A stretch of 64,000 nucleotides of DNA from an uncultured Chloroflexia bacterium (GTDB lineage Bacteria > Chloroflexota > Limnocylindria > QHBO01). The position numbers and the translations under genes are program-made. The notes under the pieces are model-generated. The model had not been told where the DNA came from and made no database searches. It worked only from the letters and a program-made list of their open reading frames with translations. Shown in pieces: positions 16,621 to 26,206 of the stretch. The stretch spans positions 128,169-192,168 of the forward strand of contig CAVYGE010000006.1 of the NCBI GenBank assembly GCA_963767985.1, read 5' to 3'. Numbering within the stretch: the first letter of the stretch is position 1; each line of letters starts with the position of its first letter.

Positions 16621-17561
16621 TGGCCCGCCCGGACCGCACCGTCCCCACTTCCTGATCGTCGGTGCTCCGCGCTGCGGGACGACGGCGATGTACGAGTACC
16701 TGCGGCAGCATCCGGAGATCTTCATGCCGGAGCACAAGGAGCCGCAGTTCTTCGGAGACGACCTGACGCATCTGCATGAGCGACTGAGCCAGCGCGACTA
16801 TCTCGACCTCTTCAAGCCCGCCGCGCCGAGCCAGCTGGTCGGAGAGGCGACCACCTGGTACCTCTCGTCGAGCAGCGCAGCCGGAGAGATCAAACGCTTC
16901 GCGCCGGACGCCAAGATCGTCGTCATGCTGCGCAACCCGGTGGACGTCATGTACTCGCTGCATCGCGAGCTCGCCTTCTACGGCGGCGAGACGATCCTTG
17001 ACTTCGAGGATGCGTTGGCAGCCGAGTCCGACCGTAGGCGAGGTCGACGCATCGGTCCCAGCCGCCGCGCCGAGCCACTCTTCTATCGGCACACCGTTCG
17101 GTTCCCCGAGCAGCTGCAGCGGTACTTCGACGAGTTCGGGCGTGACGCGGTGCACGTCATCCTGTTCGACGACTTCCTCGAGGATCTCGAAGGGACCTAT
17201 CGGCAGCTTCTCGAGTTCCTGGACGTTGATGCCGGCTTCCGTTCCGGACTTCACCCAGGTGAACGAGAGCAAGCGCCCGCGCCTCGCCGCCATCCAGGCC
17301 CTGGTCGTCCGCCCGCCCGGTCCCCTCGGCAAGCTGATTCCCGCGCTGCGGCGCCTGCCCATCGCCCACAAGCTGCGTTCCGCGATCCTGATGGCCAACA
17401 GCCGCGCCGAAGAGCGGCGACCGCTCGATCCGGCACTGCGACGTCGTCTCATCGACGACGTTCGACCCGAGGTCGAGCGGCTCGGAGCCATGCTCGATCG
17501 CGACCTTTCCTCGTGGTTGGAGATCGGCGCCGGCGCACTGCCGACCCGGGCCACCGCATGA
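16620..17561 (+). pseudogene. PAPS-dependent carbohydrate sulfotransferase (Sulfotransfer_1-like), two apparent frameshifts (~16645, ~17243)
   Basis: ATG 16620 (TGATG overlap with hddA) gives MARPDRTV. A C4 run then shifts frame into PHFLIVGAPRCGTTAMYEYL (5'-PSB). The 3'-PB is MLRNPVDVMYS. The C-terminal third is recovered in ORF 16998..17561 (PDFTQVNESKRP...). Confidence 0.7.
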
Positions 17562-18898
17562 CCGGCCGGCTCCTGGCGAGCCGGGCTGCCATCGGAGACA
17601 TTCGCTCTCGCCTCGCTCCGTTTCGACGGACCATCGGCACGACGGGTGGCCTGGTCCTCTCGACGGTGCTCACCAGCGGCACGGGGTTCGTCTTCTGGTG
17701 GCTGGCAGCTCGCCAGTTCCCGAGCGCCGCCGTCGGCCTTGCCGGTGCGGCCGTCTCGGCGATGCTCCTGCTGTCGCAGATATCGGTGATGGGACTCGGG
17801 ACCGCCATGGCCGGGGTGCTCCACCGCGAACCGCGCGCAGGTTCCATGGCCATCACCGCACTCGTCGCGGCTGGTTCCATGGGCGTCGTGACCGGTCTCG
17901 GCTTCGCCCTGATCGCGCCGGTCATCTCGGACGAGCTCGCACCGATCAGCGCTTCGCCCGTGCTGATCGCGGTATTCGCGATCGGCGTTGGCGTGACCGC
18001 GCTGTCCGCCGTGCTCGACCAGGCGCTGGTCTCTGTCTATCGCGGATCGATCCAGGTCCTGCGCAACTTCCTCTTCTCGTTCGGACGCCTGGGACTGCTC
18101 GCGCTCGCGGCGGCACTGCTGACAACGGGCATGTCCATCTATGGCGCCTGGACGGTCGCCACCATCGGCTCGATCCTGGCCATCGTCTTCGTCCCGCGGC
18201 ACCTGCACGAGCTCGGGCATGTCCTGCCGCTCGAGTGGGGCCGGTTGAGCGGCATGGCGTTCGCCGCGCTCTCCCATCACCTTCTCAACCTCACGCGCTC
18301 ATCGTCGGTGTGGCTCCTGCCGATCCTGGTCACCGCGCTCCTGTCGCGCGACGCGAACGCCGCGTTCTACGTCGCGCTGCTGCTCGCCAACTTCGTGTCG
18401 GTCGTCGGCACATCGGCCACGTTCACGCTCTACGTCGTCGGCGCGCGCGCGCCGGACCAGCTCTGGCACCAGATCAGGTTCACCATGGCGCTGACCGGTG
18501 CGATCGCCATCGGCGCCACGCTCGTGCTCCTGGTGACCGGGCGCACGATCCTCGGCCTGTTCGGCGCCTCGTATGCCGATGCTGCGTACCCCACCGTCGT
18601 CGTTCTCGCAGCGTCCACGCTGCCGTTGGCGCTGAAGGACCATTGGATCGCGATCCAGCGGGTGCGCGGCGGTGTGGGCCGAGCGGCCGCCATCGGTGTC
18701 GGTACGCTGGCTGTCGAGCTCACGGCCGCGGCCCTCGGACTTGCGCTCGCCGGCCTGGTGGGGCTCGCGCTGGCCCGGTTCGTGGTGGTGATGGGGCAGG
18801 CAGCGCTGATGGCCCCGACGGTCATCCGGTCGATGTCGCGGCCGCCGATCGGCGACGATGCCGGGGAGGCACCCCCGGCCGAGCGCTCGAATGGCTGA
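17558..18898 (+). CDS. polysaccharide/oligosaccharide flippase (MOP/Wzx-like)
   Basis: ATG 17558 (ATGA overlap with the sulfotransferase stop). 446 aa, at least 12 hydrophobic helices. It is the last part of the artefactual 1126-aa ORF. Confidence 0.6.
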   Translation: MTGRLLASRAAIGDIRSRLAPFRRTIGTTGGLVLSTVLTSGTGFVFWWLAARQFPSAAVGLAGAAVSAMLLLSQISVMGLGTAMAGVLHREPRAGSMAITALVAAGSMGVVTGLGFALIAPVISDELAPISASPVLIAVFAIGVGVTALSAVLDQALVSVYRGSIQVLRNFLFSFGRLGLLALAAALLTTGMSIYGAWTVATIGSILAIVFVPRHLHELGHVLPLEWGRLSGMAFAALSHHLLNLTRSSSVWLLPILVTALLSRDANAAFYVALLLANFVSVVGTSATFTLYVVGARAPDQLWHQIRFTMALTGAIAIGATLVLLVTGRTILGLFGASYADAAYPTVVVLAASTLPLALKDHWIAIQRVRGGVGRAAAIGVGTLAVELTAAALGLALAGLVGLALARFVVVMGQAALMAPTVIRSMSRPPIGDDAGEAPPAERSNG

Positions 18899-19860
18899 GT
18901 CAGGCACCGACTTCTCGGTCGTGATCTGCGTGTACACCGAGGAGCGATGGGACGACATCGAGGCCGCCATCGGCTCGGTCCGATCGCAGGAACCATCGGC
19001 CCGCGAGATCATCGTGGTGGTCGACCATAACCCGATGCTCGAGGAGCGGATCCGCAGGGAACATCGCAACGTGACGGTCGTGCCGAACGGCGGGCAGCAG
19101 GGGCTGTCGGATGCCCGCAACAGCGGTGTCCGGCCGCAAGTGGGGCCATCGTCGCGTTCCTCGACGATGACGCGCGGGCGGAAGCCGGCTGGCTGGCGGC
19201 GATGGCGCGGTCGTACGCCCGGCCGGAGGTGATCGGGGTCGGCGGCTCCGCCGATCCCATCTGGCCCGAGAAGGCGGGCGACCAGCCTGGTTCCCGCAGG
19301 AGTTCGATTGGGTGGTCGGATGCAGCTATCGAGGTTTACCGGAGCGGGCAGCGCCGATCCGGAACTTTCTCGGATGCAACATGAGCTTTCGACGGTCGGC
19401 GTTCGAGGCGGCGGGTGGGTTCGACACGAAGGTTGGCCGCGTGGGCACGCGACCGGTCGGGGGGGAGGAGACCGAGTTCTGCATTCGCGTCCAGCGGATC
19501 GCCCCGGACGCCGTGCTTTGGTATGAACCCGCGGCCCGCGTCAGGCACCGCGTGACCGCGACGCGGGCGAGCTGGAGCTACTACCGAGCGCGGTGCTATG
19601 CGGAGGGACTGTCGAAGGCGATCGTCACCGAGCTCGCCGGCAGTCGATCGGGTCTGGCGTCGGAGCGACGCCACGCGATGGTCACGCTGCCGCTCGGTGC
19701 CCTGCGCCAGATCGGATCCTCGGTTGTCCGGCGTGACGCCGGCGGCGTGCAGCGCGCCGCGGCCATCCTTGCGGGATTGGCGGTCACGACCGCGGGGTAC
19801 GTCGTCGGACGTTGGCAGTCACGGCGGCGGCCGCCAGCCGAGGCCGGGGAGACGTCATGA
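18891..19860 (+). pseudogene. GT2 glycosyltransferase, two apparent frameshifts (~19128, ~19276)
   Basis: FSVVICVYTEERWDDIEAAIGSVRSQ...IIVVVDHN. It continues in other frames as GAIVAFLDDDARAEAGWLAAMARSY, then PAWFPQEFDWVVGCSYRGLPE...GGEETEFCIR. The start overlaps the flippase stop by 8 nt. Confidence 0.65.
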
Positions 19861-21083
19861 CCGCTGGGGGGCGTGCGGGCATCGACCGGCCGGCCCGCAT
19901 CGTCATGGTCACGCCCCGCTTTCCCCCGTACCGCGGGGGCGTGGAGTCGCACACCGCCGAGGTCTCGCGGCGCATCGCGGCGGACCAGCGGTTCGAGGTC
20001 GCCGTGCTGGCCACCGACCTCGAGGGCCGATCGTCGCCGACCGAGCGCGTCGGCGAGGTGGACGTGACGCGCATGCCGGCCGCTCCGAAGTCGTCGGATC
20101 TGTACTACGTCCCGGGCCTGCAGCGTCGGATCGTCGACCAGCGGCCGGACCTCGTCCACGTGCAGGGCTATCACACCCTGCTGGCGCCGATGGCCATGCT
20201 TGCCGCACGACGGGCCCACATCCCGTACATGATCACGCTGCACTCGGGCGGCCACTCGTCGCGGCTGCGGACGGCCATCCGACCGGTGCAGATCAGGCTG
20301 CTTCGCCCGCTGCTGCGCCAGGCACGTCGCATCGTTGCCGTATCGACGTTCGAGGCCGAGCTGTTCGCGGTCCGCTACGGCGTTGGCGAGTCCCGGATCG
20401 TCACCATCCCGAACGGAGCGGACCTCGATCAGGCCAGCGCCGCGGACCGCCGCCGGGACCCGGACCTCATCGTGTCGATGGCCAGGCTCGAGCGCTACAA
20501 GGGTCACGAGCGCGTGATCCGGGCTCTCCCGCTCGTGCGCGCGGAGCATCCCACGGCTCGACTCACGATCATGGGCGACGGACCCGATGAGGCGAGGCTG
20601 CGCGCCCTCGTTGCCTCGCTCGATCTCAATGATGCGGTGTCGTTCGAGAGCGTTCCGCGCGCCGAGGTTGCCGGGCGCCTGGCCGAGGCGGCGATCGTGT
20701 GCCTCCTGAGTGACTACGAGTCGCAGGGACTCACCATTCACGAGGCGCTTGCGATGGGCTGTCGGGTCGTGGTCAACGACAGCTCGGCGCTGAGCGAGGT
20801 GCTTCGCTTCGAACAGGCGATCGGCGTCCCGGCGACCGCCACGACCTCCGCGGTCGCCGATGCCGTGCTCCGTCAGCTGCGGAACGGAGCGGTGCCCTCG
20901 GGCGCCGTGCCCAGTCTGCCGACCTGGGACGCCTGCGCCTCTGCGCTGGTCGGGGTGTACGCGGACGTGCTCGACCTGCCGCGCCCCCGCCCCGCAGACG
21001 ATTTCAGCGCGGACGCGCTGACGATGCGGCGCTTCACCCGTTGGAGCAGCGCCTCCGGGGCGATGAGCGCCCCCAGCCCGTAG
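19857..21083 (+). CDS. GT4 (GT-B fold) glycosyltransferase
   Basis: ATG 19857 (ATGA overlap). IVMVTPRFPPYRGGVESH and the EX7E-type motif SDYESQGLTIHEALAMG. The last ~70 codons overlap the convergent GT2. Confidence 0.75.
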   Translation: MTAGGRAGIDRPARIVMVTPRFPPYRGGVESHTAEVSRRIAADQRFEVAVLATDLEGRSSPTERVGEVDVTRMPAAPKSSDLYYVPGLQRRIVDQRPDLVHVQGYHTLLAPMAMLAARRAHIPYMITLHSGGHSSRLRTAIRPVQIRLLRPLLRQARRIVAVSTFEAELFAVRYGVGESRIVTIPNGADLDQASAADRRRDPDLIVSMARLERYKGHERVIRALPLVRAEHPTARLTIMGDGPDEARLRALVASLDLNDAVSFESVPRAEVAGRLAEAAIVCLLSDYESQGLTIHEALAMGCRVVVNDSSALSEVLRFEQAIGVPATATTSAVADAVLRQLRNGAVPSGAVPSLPTWDACASALVGVYADVLDLPRPRPADDFSADALTMRRFTRWSSASGAMSAPSP

Positions 21084-22036
21084 GCGAGCTGCATCGGCTG
21101 CAGGAACGTCCTCGGGCTCCAGCGCCAGGCGGCCCGGACATCGGCCAGGGCACCGCGCCGACCCAGGCCGCCCGCCAGGACCCGATGCTGGGCGGCGCGC
21201 TGAAGATGTGATCGGGCAATCGCGTCCCGCACCGCCTGACGCTCGGCGCGACTGACGTCACGTCGGTGGCGATGGACGTTGAGGCCGGCGAGCAATGCGA
21301 TCTCGACCGGCGTTCGATCGTCGCTCGACGAGCGGTTCATCCAGAGGCGGATCGAGCTGTCGGCGCTCTCACGCACGGTGAAATCGAGGAGCTCTTCGTC
21401 GGCGTACGCGACGCGCCCGTAGGCGGCTGCGCGCAGGGAGAGCTCGACGTCGCACGACAGGCCGACCTCGGGTCGGAAGAAGCCGCCGCTCTCGTCGATC
21501 ATCCAGCGCGCGACTGCCACCGATCCGACGTTCCACGGTGGTTGCCCGTCCGTCAGGTGGATGCGCATCCACGCGGCGGCGTCGTAGACGCCCGAGGCCA
21601 CCGGAATCCGGCGCTTCGTCCCGTACCAGATGTGATCGGCCGGTGCTCCGTCCTCGCCGACTCGCCGGCAGGCCGTGAGCGCCATGGACAGTCGCTGCTC
21701 GCCGGGCGCGTGTGTCTCGATCAGCTCCGCCAGGCGGGTGAGGCATCCCGGGCGGAGCCGGTCATCGGCGCACAGGAGCTGCACCCACGGGTGCTGGGTG
21801 AGGGCGGCCGTTCGGTTGAAGTTCTCGTCGATCGGCACATGCGTCGTCCAGCGGTGGTACCGGATCCGCGGGTCGTCGAACGAGCGGACCACGTCCTCCA
21901 CACCGTCGGTCGACACATTGTCCCCGACCACGAGCTCCCAGTCGGAGTGGTCCTGCTCGAGCACACTGGCGATCGCCCTGGGCACCCAATCGGCGTCGTT
22001 GTAGACCGGCATGAAGATCGAGATCGGGGTCGCCAT
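20873..22036 (-). CDS. GT2 glycosyltransferase
   Basis: ORF 20873..22387 trimmed to ATG 22036 (MATPISIFMPVYNDADWVPRAIASVLEQDHSDWELVVGDNVSTDG). DxD-like CADD motif present. Confidence 0.7.
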   Translation of the reverse strand: MATPISIFMPVYNDADWVPRAIASVLEQDHSDWELVVGDNVSTDGVEDVVRSFDDPRIRYHRWTTHVPIDENFNRTAALTQHPWVQLLCADDRLRPGCLTRLAELIETHAPGEQRLSMALTACRRVGEDGAPADHIWYGTKRRIPVASGVYDAAAWMRIHLTDGQPPWNVGSVAVARWMIDESGGFFRPEVGLSCDVELSLRAAAYGRVAYADEELLDFTVRESADSSIRLWMNRSSSDDRTPVEIALLAGLNVHRHRRDVSRAERQAVRDAIARSHLQRAAQHRVLAGGLGRRGALADVRAAWRWSPRTFLQPMQLAYGLGALIAPEALLQRVKRRIVSASALKSSAGRGRGRSSTSAYTPTSAEAQASQVGRLGTAPEGTAPFRS

Positions 22037-22041
22037 CGTCG

Positions 22042-23331
22042 TCAGGATCCGAACCGGGACTCCTGCTCGGCTCGGAGACGGTCCACGAGCCGACCCGCCG
22101 GCAGTTCCACGTCGGCATAGCTCAGCACCGTGTCCTTGGCGACCGGGCGCCGCAGCCGACAGCCTTCGGCGACCCCCATCGGGAGCAGCCGCTCGGCCAG
22201 CACGGCGTCCGCGTTGTCGCACTGCCCGTAGGTCATGTAGCCACCGATGCCGTCGATGACGTCGCCCTCGGAGAGGTCGCGCTTCGCCGTGGCGATGACC
22301 TCGACGACCGGGCCGCCGATCGGCGCCAGCACCGGGTCGTTGAGGAGCGCGACGCGGGCTACGGAGGTCGGGACCTCGAAGTGGCACAGGTGCTGGGGCG
22401 TGTAGAAGCTGTACAGCGGGCCGTCGCCACGCTTGTAGAGCTTCATGTAATGGCGCTCCAGCGGGTCGTCATGAGTGCCGATGACGAAGACGCCCGGCGC
22501 CGGCTTGGCACCGATCACGTAGTCCACGATTCCACCGAGCGACTCGAGCTCGTCGATGTCGTAGCGCGTGGTCAGCTCGTCGACATGGCCGTCGTGCTGC
22601 CATGCGTAGAGTCCCCTCCGCGGCGCCTTCATGCCGGTCCCGTTGGCGACGATCGCCTGCTCGAACGACACCTTGGTGCCATCCGCGAAGCTCGTGACCA
22701 TGGCGACGCCGAGGCCCCACTCGCGTGCGTATCCCTCCTGCGTGGTGGGGTTGCGATATGGATCGTGCAGGCCCTTGATGTTGCCGCAGACCAGCGGTCT
22801 CAGGCCGATTCCGCGCACGAACCGGTACAGGTTGGCCTCGACGCCGGGCTGATCGCCGTCGCACGCGCTCAGGATGACGCCCGCAGCGTCGGCGTGGGCC
22901 TTCAGGATCGGGCCGACCGTCCCGTCCAGCTCGGCGTTCATGAGGATGACGTGCTTGCCGGCGGTGATCGCGGCCTCGACGACGTGGGCCGCTTCTTCGA
23001 CCGTGCCGGTCACCTCGACGACCGCGTCGATGGCGGGCGAGGTGACGGCCAGGACAGGATCCTCGGTGACGGCAAACCGACCGGCCTGGACGGCACGCTC
23101 GAGCTCGGAGGCGCTGCTGACCGTGACGACGTCATGCATGCCGGCTTCCGTGTACGCCCGCTCGGCGTTGGCCAGGGTTCGGTTGGCGACGACCGCCAGG
23201 CGGAGACCGGGGAACGCCCGGAACATCTGGCGGGCGATGCCCCGACCCATGGCGCCGGCTCCGACCATCGCCACCTGGACCGGTTTGCCGCTAGCGGCCC
23301 GCTCCTCGAGCGCGCGGTCGACGACGATCAT
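22042..23331 (-). CDS. NAD(P)-binding oxidoreductase, homoserine-dehydrogenase-like, with C-terminal SAF domain
   Basis: ORF trimmed to ATG 23331 (ATGA overlap with the upstream gene). Rossmann motif VAMVGAGAMGRGIA. The C-terminal ..AKRDLSEGDVIDGIGGY.. is typical of SAF. The substrate is unknown. Confidence 0.5.
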   Translation of the reverse strand: MIVVDRALEERAASGKPVQVAMVGAGAMGRGIARQMFRAFPGLRLAVVANRTLANAERAYTEAGMHDVVTVSSASELERAVQAGRFAVTEDPVLAVTSPAIDAVVEVTGTVEEAAHVVEAAITAGKHVILMNAELDGTVGPILKAHADAAGVILSACDGDQPGVEANLYRFVRGIGLRPLVCGNIKGLHDPYRNPTTQEGYAREWGLGVAMVTSFADGTKVSFEQAIVANGTGMKAPRRGLYAWQHDGHVDELTTRYDIDELESLGGIVDYVIGAKPAPGVFVIGTHDDPLERHYMKLYKRGDGPLYSFYTPQHLCHFEVPTSVARVALLNDPVLAPIGGPVVEVIATAKRDLSEGDVIDGIGGYMTYGQCDNADAVLAERLLPMGVAEGCRLRRPVAKDTVLSYADVELPAGRLVDRLRAEQESRFGS

Positions 23332-23906
23332 GACGGCCCCTGCCCGGAGAGCAGCGGCCAGGCGCCGTCCTTCTCCGAGATCTCGGTCACGGCGCGCGGC
23401 CAGGAGATCCCGATCGCCGGGTCGTCGTGACGGATGCCGCCCTCCGTCTCGGGCGTGTAGAACTCGCTGACCTGGTAGATCAGCTCGGTGTCGTCTGCGA
23501 GGGTCTGCATCCCGACGGCACATCCCTCGGGGACGTACAGGCTGCGGCGGTCACCGCGGGCCAATTCGGTCGTCGTGTGCGCGAGGTGCGCGTCGCCTTC
23601 GCGCAGGTCGACCACCGCGAAGAACGCCGCTCCGCCGATGCACCGGATGAGCTTGGCCTCCTGGGCCGGCGGCGACTGGTAGTGCAGCCCGCGCAGCGTT
23701 CCGGCCGCGCGGTTGAACGAGATGTTCGTCTGGGCGACGGTGGGGTTGAGTCCATGGTCGGCGAATTCGCGAGCGCAGAAGGCCCGGGCGAAGTAGCCGC
23801 GACTGTCCTCGCGTGGTTCGAGTTCGATGATGGTCACGCCTGGCAGCGAGGTCGGGACAAAGCGCACGTTCGTGCCTTTCGGAGATCGGCTGCACCGCGC
23901 CGGCAT
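23328..23906 (-). CDS. dTDP-4-dehydrorhamnose 3,5-epimerase-like (RmlC family cupin)
   Basis: LPGVTIIELEPREDSRGYFARAF...GTLRGLHYQ...AKLIRCIGGAAFFAVVDLR...SLYVPEGCAVG...VSEFYTPETEGGIRHDDP. The true start may be an internal GTG. Confidence 0.75.
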   Translation of the reverse strand: MPARCSRSPKGTNVRFVPTSLPGVTIIELEPREDSRGYFARAFCAREFADHGLNPTVAQTNISFNRAAGTLRGLHYQSPPAQEAKLIRCIGGAAFFAVVDLREGDAHLAHTTTELARGDRRSLYVPEGCAVGMQTLADDTELIYQVSEFYTPETEGGIRHDDPAIGISWPRAVTEISEKDGAWPLLSGQGPS

Positions 23907-23949
23907 GGCGAAGCCATGGTCGCGATGGAGATGCGGGAATTGGGTTGAG

Positions 23950-23977
23950 CACCGGGGACCTTGGACGGCCCCCGGTG
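23950..23977 (-). terminator. 8-bp perfect hairpin just after the stop of the surface-protein gene
   Basis: CACCGGGG-N12-CCCCGGTG, 8 nt downstream of stop 23985 in the minus direction. No U-tract. Confidence 0.35.
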
Positions 23978-23984
23978 TCTCAGA

Positions 23985-24813
23985 CTAGCAGCGGGCGCGT
24001 GCTACCTGCAGCCGCCGAGCGGCGAGCAGGACAAGACCAACCACGACGAGCAGGGCAAGTCCCTGCGCCGGGGTACCGGCAGTGCCCTGGCTCTCGAACA
24101 TGCTGGTGTTCGGCAGCTCACCGGCTGGGGTCGGGGTCGGGTTGCCGCCCTGGGTCCCCTCGCTCGGCTTCGGGGTCGGGGTCGGGTTGCCGCCCTGGGT
24201 CCCCTCGCTCGGGCTCGGAGTCGGTGTCGGGGTCGCCTCGGCAATCGAGCACTCGTCCGCACCGACGATCCGCGCGCGGATCTGTCGACCGTCGTAGCGA
24301 TCCTCGAAGGTCAGCTCCTCGATGGCGGGTCCGAACACGAAGTCGTACTGAGACCAGCAGCCGGCCGCATCACCCTCGCGCGGAAGTGCCGCGGTGAGCG
24401 TATGCGTCCCGTTGCCGAACACGCCGGTGTCCGAGTCGAACAGGGTCTGCGGATAGCTGAAGGCGCCCTCGGCCAGCTCGTACGTGGCCAGCGTCAGCTC
24501 GCAGCTCGGCGTCGCCTTCGCCGCCGGCCAGGGTGAACTCGACGGTGACGTACCAGTCGGTCGAGTCAGCGGGCATCTCGACGGTGGTGGCGTAGCTCGT
24601 CAGCCAGCCGGTGCCCGCGTCGGCCGGGCATGCGATGTCCGGCTCGGGGTTGGTCGGCACGCGCACCGCGAGCACGGGGGCGGCCATGAGAATGAGTGCA
24701 GAGATGGACAGGATGCCGGTCCACGCCGATCGGCGTCGCCGGCTTGCCGGAACACGAATCACGAGTCTCCCTTTCCGCGTTGCGTGGTCGGCACGCTGTG
24801 ACGCGATGATCAA
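23985..24813 (-). pseudogene. secreted surface protein with tandem PSEGTQGGNPTPTPK repeat and C-terminal sorting-signal-like tail; apparent frameshift near 24500
   Basis: N-terminal signal (RRRRSAWTGILSISALILMAAPVLA) in ORF 24370..24813. The body and tail are in ORF 23985..24422. The tail is ELPNTS + spacer + LALLVVVGLVLLAA + RRLQVARARC. Confidence 0.45.
24127..24216. repeat. 45-bp tandem duplication (2 copies) inside the surface-protein gene
   Basis: ggggtcggggtcgggttgccgccctgggtcccctcgctcgg occurs at 24127 and again at 24172. It encodes PSEGTQGGNPTPTPK twice on the minus strand. Confidence 0.8.
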
Positions 24814-25039
24814 TATGAGGTTGACACACTAGCCGATGCCCAGTACTTCTGGGAAGCCTCCTCGGAGTGCGCTCTGGTGTGGTCCGGGGCGCTCCCCGAA
24901 CGTACGCGGTGACGTAGCGTTGACGGCGGTCACCACAAGGTACCGCCACGCAGCCGGTACGGCGGTACTGGCTCCATCGGCCGGTTTGGACAGACCGGCG
25001 GGAAGGGCTAGACTTCGGGTCTTCCCTGTTCGAGTGCTC

Positions 25040-26206
25040 ATGTTCAGTTCCATGCTCTCGGCGCGGCACCGTGCCCACGACGTGCCCCGGCGCCGACCCC
25101 GGTTCACCGCGCGGCCTGGCGCGGCCTTCGCCACCCTGATCACCCTCACCATCATCCTGACCGCCTGCGGGCTGCAGCCCAACGTCCCGGATGACTCGGT
25201 CGACCGGCCTCCGGTCTGCATCGCCATCGATCTCGGCGACCGAGCCCGTGGCCGCCGAAGTGACGTTCGGGCCCCTCGTCTCCTCATCGCCATCGCCGAC
25301 CGCGGACGACATCCAGACGATCATCCCAGTGGCACGAAGCCTCGTCACGCCGACCGCCACGGCCAGCGCGCCGGAGGCGCCGACGACCGCTCCGACGCCG
25401 GGGGTCGCCGTTGCCGCCGTTCCCAAACCGCCCGCAGCGACGGCAGCGCCGACGGCCGCGCCGAAGCCGCCGACCGGCGGTGGCGGCTGCGGCGGTATGG
25501 CTGCTGCCACCGGCCGGCTGGACGCGGCGCATCGCAAGCAGCTTCGACGAGGTCACCGCGCTCGGCTCGTGGCCCGGGCCGATCGCGGCGAAGTCCTGGA
25601 AGAACCGCCAGCGCGGGCCGGACAGCAGCGGACGAGGCACCTACGACTCATCGAAGACCGTCAGCGAGCACGATGGCCTGCTGGATGTGTGGGTCCACTC
25701 CGAGGGCGACCGTCGCTATGTTGCGGCGCCGGTCTCGAACATCGGCGCGACCGTTGGCGCGCGCATCTCGATCTGCATGCGCGCCGATGCGATCCCCGGA
25801 TACAAGATCGCGTTCCTCCTGTGGCCGACGGAGGGCAGCGGCAACTCGATGGGGGAGATCGACTTTCCTGAGGCTCAGCTGAAGCCGAGCGCCACGGCCC
25901 ACGCCTTCATGCACTACGCGCCCGAGCCGCCGAGCGATCCGAAGCAGGACCCCTATGACAGTGGCGCGTCGCTGCAGGAGTGGCACAGCTACACCATCGA
26001 GTGGAATCCCCGCGCGAGTCAGCCGTATGTGAAGTTCTTCGCCGACGGCCGGCTCATCGGGCACTCGACGCAGGTTCATCCCCAGCGTATCGATGTTCTA
26101 CGTGATGCAGATTGAGACCCTGCTGTCCGGGGACCCGCTGCCGCCGCCGGCACAGGGACACGTCCTGGTCGATTGGGTGACTCTCGATACGCCCGGAGCT
26201 CCATGA
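25040..26206 (+). pseudogene. GH16-like (concanavalin-A-like glucanase fold) lipoprotein with Pro/Thr/Ala linker; three apparent frameshifts (~25210, ~25500, ~26075)
   Basis: Lipobox (TLTIILTACG). A linker follows in the next frame (..TPTATASAPEAPTTAPTP..KPPTGGGG). The catalytic domain is in a third frame (GWTRRIASSFDE..., GEIDFPE resembling the GH16 ExDxxE motif, EWHSYTIEW). The tail is in a fourth frame (SVSMFYVMQIETLLSG...VDWVTLDTPGAP-stop). Confidence 0.55.

Noticed and set aside
15518-18898. 1126-aa ORF that looks like a giant kinase-sulfotransferase-transporter fusion protein
   Set aside because: It is a frame-fusion artefact. Recognisable HddA, sulfotransferase and flippase segments are separated by Arg/Pro/Ser-rich nonsense. 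The missing conserved parts of HddA and the sulfotransferase are found in the other two frames (ORFs 16380..16655 and 16998..17561), complete with their own stop codons and overlapping start codons at 16620 and 17558.
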